Shown one piece after another: positions 10,742-21,099 of a stretch of 32,000 bases of DNA. How positions within the stretch are numbered: the stretch's first letter is position 1; each line of letters starts with the position of its first letter. Position numbers and translations under genes: made by a program. The notes under the pieces were generated by a model that did no database searches, was not told where the DNA came from, and worked only from the letters and a program-made list of their open reading frames with translations. Origin of the DNA: Methanococcus maripaludis (lineage in GTDB: Archaea; AGJL01; Methanococci; Methanococcales; Methanococcaceae); contig NZ_CP026606.1 in assembly GCF_002945325.1 (NCBI RefSeq), forward strand, positions 1,650,001 through 1,682,000, in the 5' to 3' direction.

Positions 10742-12676
10742 TTATTCATCTCCATCTCCATCTCCATCTCCATTTTTAGGAGTTTTGAATAAATATTCTC
10801 TGTTTTGCATTATCATGGAAAATTCAAAAGATAGGTAATCTGAAACAGTTTTTTCAAAATTTTCATCTGTTGGAATTTCATCATTGAAGTAATAAAAGCT
10901 GTGAAGCCATTCATCATTAGGCTCTACCGTCGTTTTTACACAAAATTTTGTTTCTGATTCGATTCTATCAAACCATACATCAAGTAAGTGCTGTTTTTTA
11001 TCTTTTGCCTGTTCAGTTTCCAGTAATCCTATATGGGGGCTAATTTTATAACCGTCATCCCTAAAATCGATAAATTTACATTCTTTATCATTTAAATGTG
11101 GTTCCCCTGCCGTAAATATGGCAATACAAGGCATTACCCCAACACCATAAAATGTATCTTTGTTTAGGGTAATTACGCCTTCTAGTGTATGTTTTTTTAA
11201 GATATTTTCTTTTATACTCTGTTCTTCTCTAGTTTTCCCTGTTACTGAGGATTGGGGTATAATAACGATACAACGTGCACCAACAGTCAATGAGTCAAGC
11301 AAATGTTCGGTAAAAGCTATTTCATATAACGTAGGATCTTTTTTTGAGCCTTGTGAATAAGGTGGATTCATCATCCCTACGGTGGGCTGTTTTAACTGTA
11401 TTTTATTGGGGTCTTGCTTTAAGAAATCTTCATTTATTAGGTTGCTTTTACCATCTCCTCGTAAAATCATATTTGTTGTAGCAATTGTAAACATGTAGGG
11501 CTGTAATTCAAAGCCGTGAAGTTGGTTTTGTCTGATATTTCTTTGTTCTGATTTTTTACTGGTTTGTTTTAACATGTTATGCATTGAAGCAATTAAAAAT
11601 CCTGCAGTTCCACAACAAGGGTCAAAAACAATATCATTAGGTTTTACTTCAACTAAATCGCAAAATAATTCCGTAATATGTTTAGGGGTAAGAACAATAC
11701 CTAATGTCTGCCCATCACCCCCCGAATAAGACATAAATTCTCCATAAAATCTACCCAAATAATCTTCCGAAGACTGAATATATCTAATACTTTTGTAAAT
11801 TTTGTTGTATAGGTATTCGGTATAATGTTTTAGTGGTGTTTTCTTTAATTTCGGTTCAATTTCATTTAATTTTGGTGTATCTTTAATGATTGCAAACTGA
11901 CTAAGTAATTTATCTTTTTTTACATCGGGAGATACATTTGCTCTTTTTAAATTGGATTCTATCGCATCATAAATTTTTTGACCATCTGTTTTAATCGTAT
12001 CTCCTGTTAAATCATCAATAGAAAAATTCTTAGATTCTGATTCCCTCAAAGCTAATAAAATACCTGATACAATCAAAGGTTTATCAACATCTTTAAGAGT
12101 CCCGTAATTTCTTAAATCTTCATGTAGTATTGAAGCATCTTTTAAGATTTCTTCAGTCGTTTTTTCTTCATCTGTCGCTTCTTTTAAGATTTCCCTTGTA
12201 TAATACTCATCAATGTTTTTTTCATTGAATGATATGAATGATTCTACATCTGGAAGTTCTCGATAATATTCAGTTTCATCAATATAGATTGGGCTAATTT
12301 TATGTTTTTTCTCGTTTCCAGATATGCCAAAAGCAATTATTTTTTTATATGATGTGTTTTTAGCCAAATGTTGTCCATAAAACAGTGCACCATTAACAGC
12401 GTAATTTTTCACATCATTTCGTTCCATACTAATTAAATTTTTATTATCTAATATTATATGGTTAGATAACTCGGATTTATCTTCAATAACTAACAAAAAA
12501 TCTTTAATTACTCCAATGTATTCTGGAAAACCGACTTTTCCAGTTCTGTTTTTTGAAGCAGTTTTTAATGCCGTGTTTATTTCAACTATTGAACTTCCTT
12601 GTGGTTCAAGTTCGATTTCTGCTTCTTTTAATAAATCATAGACCCATAAATCCGTTTTTACTTCTTTTTTGGCCAT
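10742..12676 (-). CDS. Fused restriction endonuclease / N6-adenine DNA methyltransferase (BcgI-A-like or type I M-like)
   Basis: 644-aa ORF; SAM motif DPCCGTAGF, catalytic NPPY, and N-terminal FPEYIGVIKDFLLVIEDK matching a PD-(D/E)xK-type nuclease motif. Confidence 0.85.
   Translation of the reverse strand: MAKKEVKTDLWVYDLLKEAEIELEPQGSSIVEINTALKTASKNRTGKVGFPEYIGVIKDFLLVIEDKSELSNHIILDNKNLISMERNDVKNYAVNGALFYGQHLAKNTSYKKIIAFGISGNEKKHKISPIYIDETEYYRELPDVESFISFNEKNIDEYYTREILKEATDEEKTTEEILKDASILHEDLRNYGTLKDVDKPLIVSGILLALRESESKNFSIDDLTGDTIKTDGQKIYDAIESNLKRANVSPDVKKDKLLSQFAIIKDTPKLNEIEPKLKKTPLKHYTEYLYNKIYKSIRYIQSSEDYLGRFYGEFMSYSGGDGQTLGIVLTPKHITELFCDLVEVKPNDIVFDPCCGTAGFLIASMHNMLKQTSKKSEQRNIRQNQLHGFELQPYMFTIATTNMILRGDGKSNLINEDFLKQDPNKIQLKQPTVGMMNPPYSQGSKKDPTLYEIAFTEHLLDSLTVGARCIVIIPQSSVTGKTREEQSIKENILKKHTLEGVITLNKDTFYGVGVMPCIAIFTAGEPHLNDKECKFIDFRDDGYKISPHIGLLETEQAKDKKQHLLDVWFDRIESETKFCVKTTVEPNDEWLHSFYYFNDEIPTDENFEKTVSDYLSFEFSMIMQNREYLFKTPKNGDGDGDGDE
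10747..10773. repeat. Hexanucleotide tandem repeat (CATCTC)4.5 at the M/S gene junction
   Basis: Read directly: catctc catctc catctc catctc cat; encodes the GDGDGDGD tail on the minus strand. Confidence 0.97.
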
Positions 12677-12720
12677 ATCCTTTCCCCTTATCAGATATTA
12701 CATCTTTCATATTTTTTAAA

Positions 12721-12732
12721 AATTATATAAAT
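12721..12732 (-). promoter_or_regulatory. Candidate TATA box for the R-M operon
   Basis: AATTATATAAAT about 45 bp upstream of the start at 12676, on the minus strand ATTTATATAATT. Confidence 0.5.
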
Positions 12733-12822
12733 GGCCCTTAAGTTTTATGATTTTCGATTAATGGTGGATGGTTAATCCTCAAAAATAGAATTTAAAATTA
12801 TAAATCGTTTTTCTTTAAAACT

Positions 12823-13302
12823 TTACTTATGATAAGGTTCCCCGCTAATAATTCTAAAACTTCGATAGATCTGTTCTAAAAGAATGACCCTCATTAATTG
12901 GTGTGGAAATGTCATTTTTGAAAAAGACAGCTTAAAATCTGAAATTTCTGAAATATTTTTTGATAATCCCAAGGATCCTCCAATAACGAATGTTATATCA
13001 CTTTTTCCAGAAATTGAAAGGTCGTTTATTTTTTTTGCAAGATCTTCAGAAGTTAATTCTTTTCCCAAAATCTCAAGAGTTATCAAAAATGAATCTTTTT
13101 TTAGATATTTTAAAATTCTTTCAGCTTCCTTTTCAAGTATTTTTGATTTTTCAACGTCGCTTGGATTTTCAGGGGTTTTTTCATCGGCAACTTCGATTAT
13201 ATCGAGCTTTGAATATCGTGAAATTCTTTTTGAGTATTCAATAATTGCATCACTTAGATACTTTTCTTTTATTTTTCCAACAGAAATGATTGTTACGTTC
13301 AT
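12823..13302 (-). CDS. rlmH: 23S rRNA (pseudouridine-N3)-methyltransferase RlmH, SPOUT family
   Basis: 159-aa ORF; GKIKEKYLSDAIIEYSKRISRY, FVIGGSLGLS, LSFSKMTFPHQLMRVILLEQIYRSFRIISGEPYHK. Confidence 0.95.
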   Translation of the reverse strand: MNVTIISVGKIKEKYLSDAIIEYSKRISRYSKLDIIEVADEKTPENPSDVEKSKILEKEAERILKYLKKDSFLITLEILGKELTSEDLAKKINDLSISGKSDITFVIGGSLGLSKNISEISDFKLSFSKMTFPHQLMRVILLEQIYRSFRIISGEPYHK

Positions 13303-13379
13303 ATAAATTTCTCCACTTTAAAGCTTTTAAATTGCCAAAATTAAAAAAAGAATTTGAAAAATATTTAAAAAAGAATTAT

Positions 13380-14186
13380 TTATTGTTTAATGAATTTTTT
13401 TGCAACATCCATTAAATTTTCGGAAATTACAAATTTAGTGTTCTCTTTCAATGTGTTTGAAGTTACATCAAGAGCTTTGTAGAGCTGAGCTTCGTTTTTA
13501 AAGTAGTTTTGAGCAGATTCTGCAACGATCTGGATTGCTTTTGCCTGACCTTCTGCTTCAATTTTCATACTTTCAGCAGTACCTTGGGCTTTTAAGATTT
13601 TACTCTGTTTTTCACCCTCTGCTTCCAATATGGCAGCTCTTTTTAACCTTTCAGCTTTCATCTGTTGGGTCATTGCGTTTTTAATGTCGGTTGGAGGTTC
13701 AATTTCTCTCAATTCAACTTTTTCAACCTTTACTCCCCATGCATCAGTATCCCTATCAAGCGTTTCTAAAAGCTGTGAATTGATAAATTCTCTTTTGTTT
13801 AACGCATCATCAAGTTCTAGGCTACCAATTATTGCTCTCAAAGAAGTTTGTGCAAGGTTTATAATTGCGTACTGGAAGTTTTGAACCTCTAAAATTGCTC
13901 TGTTTACATCCATTACTCGGTAGTAAATAACTGCATCGATTCTAACCCCTGCGTTATCTCTTGTAATCATTTCTTGTGGCGGAACATCGATTACTTTAGT
14001 TCTTACATCTACTTTTATAGGTACATCGATAAATGGAATTATGAAATTAACTCCTGGATTTAATCTTCCCCTAACTTTTCCAAGCCTGAATATAAGTCCG
14101 AGTTCAAACTGGTTTACGATAATAACTGATTTTATTATTAATACCAGCAAAAATATACCCAATAGCAAATTAAGCCAAAAAGACAT
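13380..14186 (-). CDS. SPFH/band 7 protein (slipin/stomatin-like)
   Basis: 268-aa ORF; N-terminal TM helix, [48 protein letters not shown]. Confidence 0.94.
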   Translation of the reverse strand: MSFWLNLLLGIFLLVLIIKSVIIVNQFELGLIFRLGKVRGRLNPGVNFIIPFIDVPIKVDVRTKVIDVPPQEMITRDNAGVRIDAVIYYRVMDVNRAILEVQNFQYAIINLAQTSLRAIIGSLELDDALNKREFINSQLLETLDRDTDAWGVKVEKVELREIEPPTDIKNAMTQQMKAERLKRAAILEAEGEKQSKILKAQGTAESMKIEAEGQAKAIQIVAESAQNYFKNEAQLYKALDVTSNTLKENTKFVISENLMDVAKKFIKQ

Positions 14187-14222
14187 AAATCTCCCCCTAA
14201 TCTAGGTTTTTACAAATTATAA

Positions 14223-14636
14223 TCATTCATTTAGTTCTTCAATAATTAAAGATACTCCTTCAATACCTACAACAATTACTTTTGAACCTTTTTTTATCGG
14301 GTTTTCAGATTTTGCCTGCCATTTTTCCCCGTGTATTATGACATGGCCGTAGTTATTTTCATCAATTTCATCAACAAGGTCCCCATGTTCACCAATTAAG
14401 TTTTCAGCACCGATTTTTACATTTAAACCGGTTTTATAGACAAACCTTTTCATGATGTATGCAGTGATTAAACCTGCAAGTAATGCTGATGGAAGTGCAA
14501 ATTGTGGCGCATAAAGTAAAAATATTCCATAAATAAGCACTGCAACACCAGCGACTGGGAAATTAAGCCCTGGAAGGAATGCTTCGAGGAGTATTAACCC
14601 CATGCCGATTATAATTGTTATATAACCTAAGTCCAT
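14223..14636 (-). CDS. NfeD-like membrane protein with C-terminal OB-fold domain
   Basis: 137-aa ORF; TM segments followed by KIGAENLIGEHGDLVDEI..GHVIIHGEKWQAKSENPIKKGSKVIVVGIEGVSLIIE; adjacent to slipin. Confidence 0.88.
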   Translation of the reverse strand: MDLGYITIIIGMGLILLEAFLPGLNFPVAGVAVLIYGIFLLYAPQFALPSALLAGLITAYIMKRFVYKTGLNVKIGAENLIGEHGDLVDEIDENNYGHVIIHGEKWQAKSENPIKKGSKVIVVGIEGVSLIIEELNE

Positions 14637-14707
14637 GATACACCTTTAAAGATTAGATTATTTATATAGTGCACTAAATAATCTATTTGCTAAGAACAAT
14701 ATATAGT

Positions 14708-15307
14708 TTATTGTATAATATCTGGAATTTTATCGACAATCGCGTTTAAAATTTCGTTAAAAACCTGATTTATTGGTTTTGAAGTTGTATCAATTACAAT
14801 AAATCCATATTTTGGTATGAATTTTCCATTCTCTGAATTTATAAGGTTGTAATATCCTTCTTTTATTTTTTTCTGAAATTCCAGTTTTTCAAATATTTCC
14901 TTCTCTCTGGACTCCATTCTTTTTAAAGCTTCATTTAAATCCACATCGAGTAAAACCACAAGATCTGGAATTTTTGCATAATCGTTAATCTTGTATATAA
15001 AATCTTTTGGAATTCCTTGTGTCATCTGGTAAACTATCGAAGAGTATACATAACGGTCCGAAACAACGTGAGATTTTTTCAAATCTTCTTCGATTTTTGA
15101 AACGTGTTCAACACGATCTGCTGCAAAAAGGAGAGCGAGAGTTTCTTTATTGCATTTAGAACCTGCTAAAATTTCTCTAATAGATTTTCCAATTTTTCCG
15201 TCAGTTGGTTCAAATGTAAAATTTGCATTTAATTTTTCAGCTATGAGTTTTGCCTGAGTAGTTTTTCCACAGCCGTCAATTCCTTCAAAAACGATGAATT
15301 TGTTCAT
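14708..15307 (-). CDS. tmk: Thymidylate kinase
   Basis: 199-aa ORF; [37 protein letters not shown]. Confidence 0.96.
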   Translation of the reverse strand: MNKFIVFEGIDGCGKTTQAKLIAEKLNANFTFEPTDGKIGKSIREILAGSKCNKETLALLFAADRVEHVSKIEEDLKKSHVVSDRYVYSSIVYQMTQGIPKDFIYKINDYAKIPDLVVLLDVDLNEALKRMESREKEIFEKLEFQKKIKEGYYNLINSENGKFIPKYGFIVIDTTSKPINQVFNEILNAIVDKIPDIIQ

Positions 15308-15328
15308 AATATTACCAAAAAGAGATAA

Positions 15329-18259
15329 TTAATGTTTTTGTCTTAATTTATTGTAGTATGATAATTTTAATCTCATTATTTCTTCTTTTATGCTCCATGT
15401 TCCGTAATTTTCAAGTTTATCAAGTTGGGGCATAACTTTTTCAAGGATTTTCATGTCCTTTTGACCGAATTTTTTCAATGTAAGTAGTGTTTTTAATATT
15501 ACTGATTCATCACCGTCATTTAAAAGACTGATTATTTTTGGAATTGCAGGTTTTATTAAATCTGGGTCAATATCTGCCAAAATTCCTAATGCTGCATTTT
15601 TAACTTTCCAGTGTGGATCATCTAACTTTTCCATTACAATATCTAAATATCCGTAGTGCCCTTCGTTGATGAAATCTCGAACTGATTGGAGCGCTTCTAC
15701 TTTTACAGTCCAGTCCCCACTTTCAAGTAGGTTTTCAATACGTCTGATTCTGTCATACGCAGTTTTTTGACACGATGGCTGAACAGCACGGCCTAATTTT
15801 TCCAATATTCCTTTTGATAATCCTGAAATGACGGGATTTTTATCCTCAGTAGCTTCAAGACACCAATTTATAATTTCGTAGTGGTAATGGTCTGCTTTTG
15901 GATTTTTAATTAAGTTTTCAAGGATTTTATATGCATAAGCTCTCCTATACCAGTGTTCGTCATTTTTAAATTTCGAAACAACAGACATTAAGTTTTCAAT
16001 ACTATCTATTTCTTTAGTTCGGATACTAAGTGCGTAGAACGCTTCATCGACTCCAAATTTTCCGTCTTTTATAATTTCAAGCAGTTCATCGCTTTTTTTG
16101 AAAAGGTAGTTTATTGAAGTTTCCCTATCTATTTCTGGACTTTCATAATCGATCATTTCAAGTAATTTTCCGGCAAATTCTCTTATTTCAAATATCCTGT
16201 CCGACAATGCGATATTAATTAGATCTATTATGAAATCATCGATAATCTTTGGATCCATTATTGATATTTTTTCAAGAATCGAAAGACCAGTCATTCTTAC
16301 TTTCCAGTTATGCTCATTCAAATGCATTTTTATGATCAATTTTACGGATTTTTGGTCTTCATTAGACACGCATGTCGAATATTCCTTCAATTTTTCGCAA
16401 ATGCTTTCCGAAGTTAAATCCATATCAACCCCATAAAGGATACAAAACATATCGCATCCATAGTCACGATACTTCCTGCAAATGTCGATAAACATTGAAA
16501 TAACTTTTTCATCGTTTTGGTTCTGTAACAATAAGTATCTTATAATTCCAAGTGCGGAATAAGGGAATGCTTCTAGGTATTTTTGGAAGTTGTCCAGATT
16601 AATTTCTTTTTTATCTATTTCAGTATCGAAGTCAAATTTTAAAACAAGTTTTGCAACTTCAGAAACAAGTTTTGTCGAATCGTTCAGTGCCATATAAAGC
16701 AAATATCCTGCAATTTCTGAACGTTTATCTTCAGTACCTTCAATTTTCTTTAAAAATTCAGCGAAATTTCTAAGTATCAGTATGTAATTTAGCCTTACAA
16801 AGACATTTGGATCATTTATCTTTAAAATTGGTTCTAAATGCCCATCCAATGCTTCTAAAATATAAAATGGATCGTTACTGTTGTGTAATATGGCCCGAAT
16901 AATCCAGAGACCTTGTGCACGAACCATTCCGTAATTGTCTTCCATAGATTTTATTATTAGGTCAATGGAGCTATCAATATAATCTTGGTTGTTTTTAGCT
17001 AAATTTCCAAGGTCATTCATTAAATTTATTTTAGAAATCCAATGTTCAGAATCCCACGAGTGTACAATCTCACCAACGCTATCTCTTAGCTTGGTAACTG
17101 AATTTTCATCGATATTTTCGCTCATATATGGGTAATTATCGGGATTACTTAATTCGTTTAAAAATTTTAATTTTATTTCATCTGAAACATCACGCATAAT
17201 GCTCCTGTCGATGGCCGAGATGAATACAGTTATGTGGTTATCAGCAAAAGCCGATAGAATCTGTTCAGAACTTCTAGAATCTATCAATTGGATTGCAACT
17301 GCACGGATTAATGAATTTGAATGGTGTAATAGTTCTAAATTTGTTATTTTTTCTTCTATTAAGTAAAACCCGATCAATGCAGCAAATGTTAAAAGCCAAT
17401 CTTTTTCATTTTTAATTGTTTTATTGGCTTCGTGTATAAGTATTGTTTTTAGATATGGTTTGGTTTTTGAAAGTAATCCTATCGTGTAGAACATTTTAGC
17501 TTTTACAAACCTATCGGTATTTTCGGAAGTAAATAATTTCAATAAATCTTCCATAAGCTCGTTATTTGCATTTTCAGGGTTTTTTTCGATAGATGACAGC
17601 CCAACGTGATTAAGTACTGGATCTGGACTGTTTATCAGTTTTTTGATATAGCTTGGAGGGTATTGGGCATTAAAATCAAGGTGTAGATATACTTTATTTA
17701 TTACATCTACAATTTCTTCGATTGTTTCATTATCATCGGATTCGAGCAATATCCATGAAAATATGCCTATTTTTAAATGATTTTTATTAATCATTGATTC
17801 AATTAATTCCGGAAGAATAGAGTCAATTAAGTCAGGGTCAACAGGTGCCATTTTCCAAATATTTATAATGGCTCCTAATTTTTCGTAATAATCCTCTGAA
17901 TGGATACTCTTTGAAAGTATTGTATTATATCTTGAAATTGCGTATTGTATCAGAGGTTTATTTAAAAGTTCATTTGAAATTTCTTTTATTGCTTTATTAT
18001 CATAATTTGAAAGTCTTAAAAGATGCGGTACTATTTTGTAAGCTAATTGGGGGTACTGTTTTATGATATTGTTTGTAGCCCAAAGCGTTCGTGCCTGCAT
18101 TACGGTTTTTGGAGATTCAAGTTCAATAAGTAAATTATTAAGTACGTAATCTGCATCGTCTTGTGATTCGTAGACAATGTTTCCTAACCTATTTACAGCA
18201 TCTAATTTAGCATACCAGCTTTCTTTTTTAAGGTCAGATACGATTCTTTTAATGTTCAT
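15329..18259 (-). CDS. Large HEAT-repeat protein of unknown function
   Basis: 976-aa ORF; many helical repeats, e.g. DDPHWKVKNAALGILADIDPDLIKPAIPKIISLLNDGDESVILKTLLTLKKFG. Confidence 0.85.
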   Translation of the reverse strand: MNIKRIVSDLKKESWYAKLDAVNRLGNIVYESQDDADYVLNNLLIELESPKTVMQARTLWATNNIIKQYPQLAYKIVPHLLRLSNYDNKAIKEISNELLNKPLIQYAISRYNTILSKSIHSEDYYEKLGAIINIWKMAPVDPDLIDSILPELIESMINKNHLKIGIFSWILLESDDNETIEEIVDVINKVYLHLDFNAQYPPSYIKKLINSPDPVLNHVGLSSIEKNPENANNELMEDLLKLFTSENTDRFVKAKMFYTIGLLSKTKPYLKTILIHEANKTIKNEKDWLLTFAALIGFYLIEEKITNLELLHHSNSLIRAVAIQLIDSRSSEQILSAFADNHITVFISAIDRSIMRDVSDEIKLKFLNELSNPDNYPYMSENIDENSVTKLRDSVGEIVHSWDSEHWISKINLMNDLGNLAKNNQDYIDSSIDLIIKSMEDNYGMVRAQGLWIIRAILHNSNDPFYILEALDGHLEPILKINDPNVFVRLNYILILRNFAEFLKKIEGTEDKRSEIAGYLLYMALNDSTKLVSEVAKLVLKFDFDTEIDKKEINLDNFQKYLEAFPYSALGIIRYLLLQNQNDEKVISMFIDICRKYRDYGCDMFCILYGVDMDLTSESICEKLKEYSTCVSNEDQKSVKLIIKMHLNEHNWKVRMTGLSILEKISIMDPKIIDDFIIDLINIALSDRIFEIREFAGKLLEMIDYESPEIDRETSINYLFKKSDELLEIIKDGKFGVDEAFYALSIRTKEIDSIENLMSVVSKFKNDEHWYRRAYAYKILENLIKNPKADHYHYEIINWCLEATEDKNPVISGLSKGILEKLGRAVQPSCQKTAYDRIRRIENLLESGDWTVKVEALQSVRDFINEGHYGYLDIVMEKLDDPHWKVKNAALGILADIDPDLIKPAIPKIISLLNDGDESVILKTLLTLKKFGQKDMKILEKVMPQLDKLENYGTWSIKEEIMRLKLSYYNKLRQKH

Positions 18260-18380
18260 GATTTCCCAAGTATTCTAAATCGTTAAGTATATATTCTGAT
18301 TACTTTTGTCATATATTATATACAAACAAATATAAAAATGGATGTTCAACATTATTATAGCTTTTATGTAGGTAAGGTAG

Positions 18381-18414
18381 ATACTTCTGAATACTTCTGA
18401 AAAATTCACCGGTG
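18381..18414. promoter_or_regulatory. Tandem decamer (ATACTTCTGA x2) and CACCGGTG palindrome upstream of rpa
   Basis: ATACTTCTGA at 18381-18390 and 18391-18400; CACCGGTG at 18407-18414, just before the ATG at 18422. Confidence 0.35.
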
Positions 18415-18421
18415 TAGTTTT

Positions 18422-20350
18422 ATGAATATTGACAAGTTAAAACAAAAAATATTATCAAAAATCTCAGAAAAAGAGCTTGAGAAAAAAGTAAATGAAAAAA
18501 TCGAGGAAAATTCCGGACTTCTTGGTGAAGAAAGTGCAGTAATGCTAGTTGCACAGGAACTCGGGATAGAAATAACTTACGGCGACGATGAAGAAGAATA
18601 TGATTTTTCGATTAAAGATATCGCTGACGGGCAGAAAAATGTTGAAGTCACAGGAAAAATTATTGAAATTTCACCTGCAAAAGACTTTAACCGAAAAGAT
18701 GGAAGCACTGGAAAACTTGCATCAGTTACTATCGGGGACAATACTGGAATTACCAGACTTACGCTTTGGAACGACAAAACGGATCTTATTGAAGGCTTAA
18801 AAAAAGGGGATGTTGTAAAAATTGAAAATGCATTTAGCAGAAAGTGGAATGACAAAGTCGAATTAAACAGCGGTTCAGAATTATCGATTGAAAAACTTAA
18901 AAAATACGATGAATCGAGATATCCTATTTTAAAAGATAATTATAAGATTTCAGAATTAATGCCGAATTTATCAGGAACAATTAATGCAGAAGTTGTTGCA
19001 GCATATCCTAAAAAAGAATTCAGCAGAAAAGATGGAACAAAAGGTCAGCTAAAATCTTTATTTTTAAAAGATGATACAGGAAGTATAAGGGGAACTCTCT
19101 GGAATGAACTTGCAGATTTTGAAGTTAAAAAAGGAGATATCGCAGAAGTAAGCGGTTATGTAAAACAGGGTTATTCCGGACTTGAAATTTCTGTTGATAA
19201 TATTGGAATAATTGAAAAATCCGTTAAAGAAGAAAAACCTGTTGAAAAATTGAGTATTTCTGAACTTACAAGCTTTGATGGAGAATACGTTACAGTTTCT
19301 GGAAATATTGTTAACATTTCAGGTTCAAGAGAAGTTAAATTTAGTGACAGAACTGCAGAAGTTCAGGATATTTACATAAACGATGGAACTGGAATGGTAA
19401 AAACTGCATTTTGGGGTACAAACAGGAGTATTCTTGACGGCTTAAAAGAAGGAGATTACGTAACAATCTCAAATGCTAAATTAAGAACCTACACTGATAA
19501 TACTGGTGAAAAAAGGGCTGATTTAACTTATAACTACATGTCAGAACTTAAAAAAGACGAAACTGCAAGTAAAAAAATATTAGAAGAAATAACCGAGATT
19601 AAAGATATTTTGAATGGAAGTGCAGACAACTCCGATGTAACAGTTGTTGCAATGGTTACAAATGCATATCCTGTAAATGAGTTCCAAAGAAGCAGCGGTG
19701 GAACTGGAAAAGTTAGAAATATTATGTTAGAAGATGGAACTGGAAGCATAAGAATGGCTTTATGGGATAGTGACGCAGAAACCGAAATTTCCGAAGGAGA
19801 TGTTGTAAAGCTAATACACGGGTATGCTAAAGAAAGCGGAGAATACATGGATTTATCAACCGGAAGGTTTGGAAGAATCGAAGTAAATCCAAAAGGAGTT
19901 TCAATAAAATCCCCTAGAAATTATATCGCAGACCTTGAAGAAGGAGTTTCAACCGAAATTAACGGAACTATCGTGGACTACCGAAAACAAGATGTAATTC
20001 TTAATTTATGTCCAAACTGTAGAAAAAGACTGAATCTGGTTGATAATAAATACCTGTGCGAAGTTTGTGGGGAAGTTGAACCAAATGAACTTCTGGTTTC
20101 AAATTTAACAGTTGATGATGGTACAGGCGTTATTAACTGTAGGGTATATGGAAATAATGTTGAAAAAGTAACTGAACTTTCAAAAAATAAATTAAAAGAA
20201 ATGAATATGGATGCACTTGCAGATGTGCTTGGAAAAGATGTTTTATTCTATGGAACCCCTTCATTTAGAAATGATGACTTGGAATTTGCAGTAAAACGGG
20301 TTAATTTCGTAGATGTATCAAAAGAATTGGAAGTTTTAAAGCAACTTTAA
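18422..20350 (+). CDS. rpa: Single-polypeptide replication protein A with multiple OB folds and a zinc finger
   Basis: 642-aa ORF; repeated KEFSRKDGTKGQLKSLFLKDDTGSIRGTLWN motifs and CPNCRKRLNLVDNKYLCEVCG. Confidence 0.95.
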   Translation: MNIDKLKQKILSKISEKELEKKVNEKIEENSGLLGEESAVMLVAQELGIEITYGDDEEEYDFSIKDIADGQKNVEVTGKIIEISPAKDFNRKDGSTGKLASVTIGDNTGITRLTLWNDKTDLIEGLKKGDVVKIENAFSRKWNDKVELNSGSELSIEKLKKYDESRYPILKDNYKISELMPNLSGTINAEVVAAYPKKEFSRKDGTKGQLKSLFLKDDTGSIRGTLWNELADFEVKKGDIAEVSGYVKQGYSGLEISVDNIGIIEKSVKEEKPVEKLSISELTSFDGEYVTVSGNIVNISGSREVKFSDRTAEVQDIYINDGTGMVKTAFWGTNRSILDGLKEGDYVTISNAKLRTYTDNTGEKRADLTYNYMSELKKDETASKKILEEITEIKDILNGSADNSDVTVVAMVTNAYPVNEFQRSSGGTGKVRNIMLEDGTGSIRMALWDSDAETEISEGDVVKLIHGYAKESGEYMDLSTGRFGRIEVNPKGVSIKSPRNYIADLEEGVSTEINGTIVDYRKQDVILNLCPNCRKRLNLVDNKYLCEVCGEVEPNELLVSNLTVDDGTGVINCRVYGNNVEKVTELSKNKLKEMNMDALADVLGKDVLFYGTPSFRNDDLEFAVKRVNFVDVSKELEVLKQL

Positions 20351-20456
20351 CTTTTTTATTTTTTTCAAATATTGGATAACGTATATATATTTAGATTTAG
20401 ATAGTAAATAGGGCGCATAACTCAAGTGTTTTTATTTTTATTCATTTTAACAGTAA

Positions 20457-21047
<591 letters not shown>

Positions 21048-21099
21048 TCTATATATATTTTAACTTTTTTAATATTTATTATGATAAAGGGGAAAAAAC

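Noticed and set aside
9696-12676. Phase-variable frameshifting of the R-M cassette via the CATCTC repeat
   Set aside because: The unit is 6 bp, so copy-number change keeps the reading frame; an on/off switch by frameshift is not expected.
12884-13306. Plus-strand ORF of 140 aa over rlmH
   Set aside because: Almost fully overlaps the well-supported rlmH ORF on the opposite strand.
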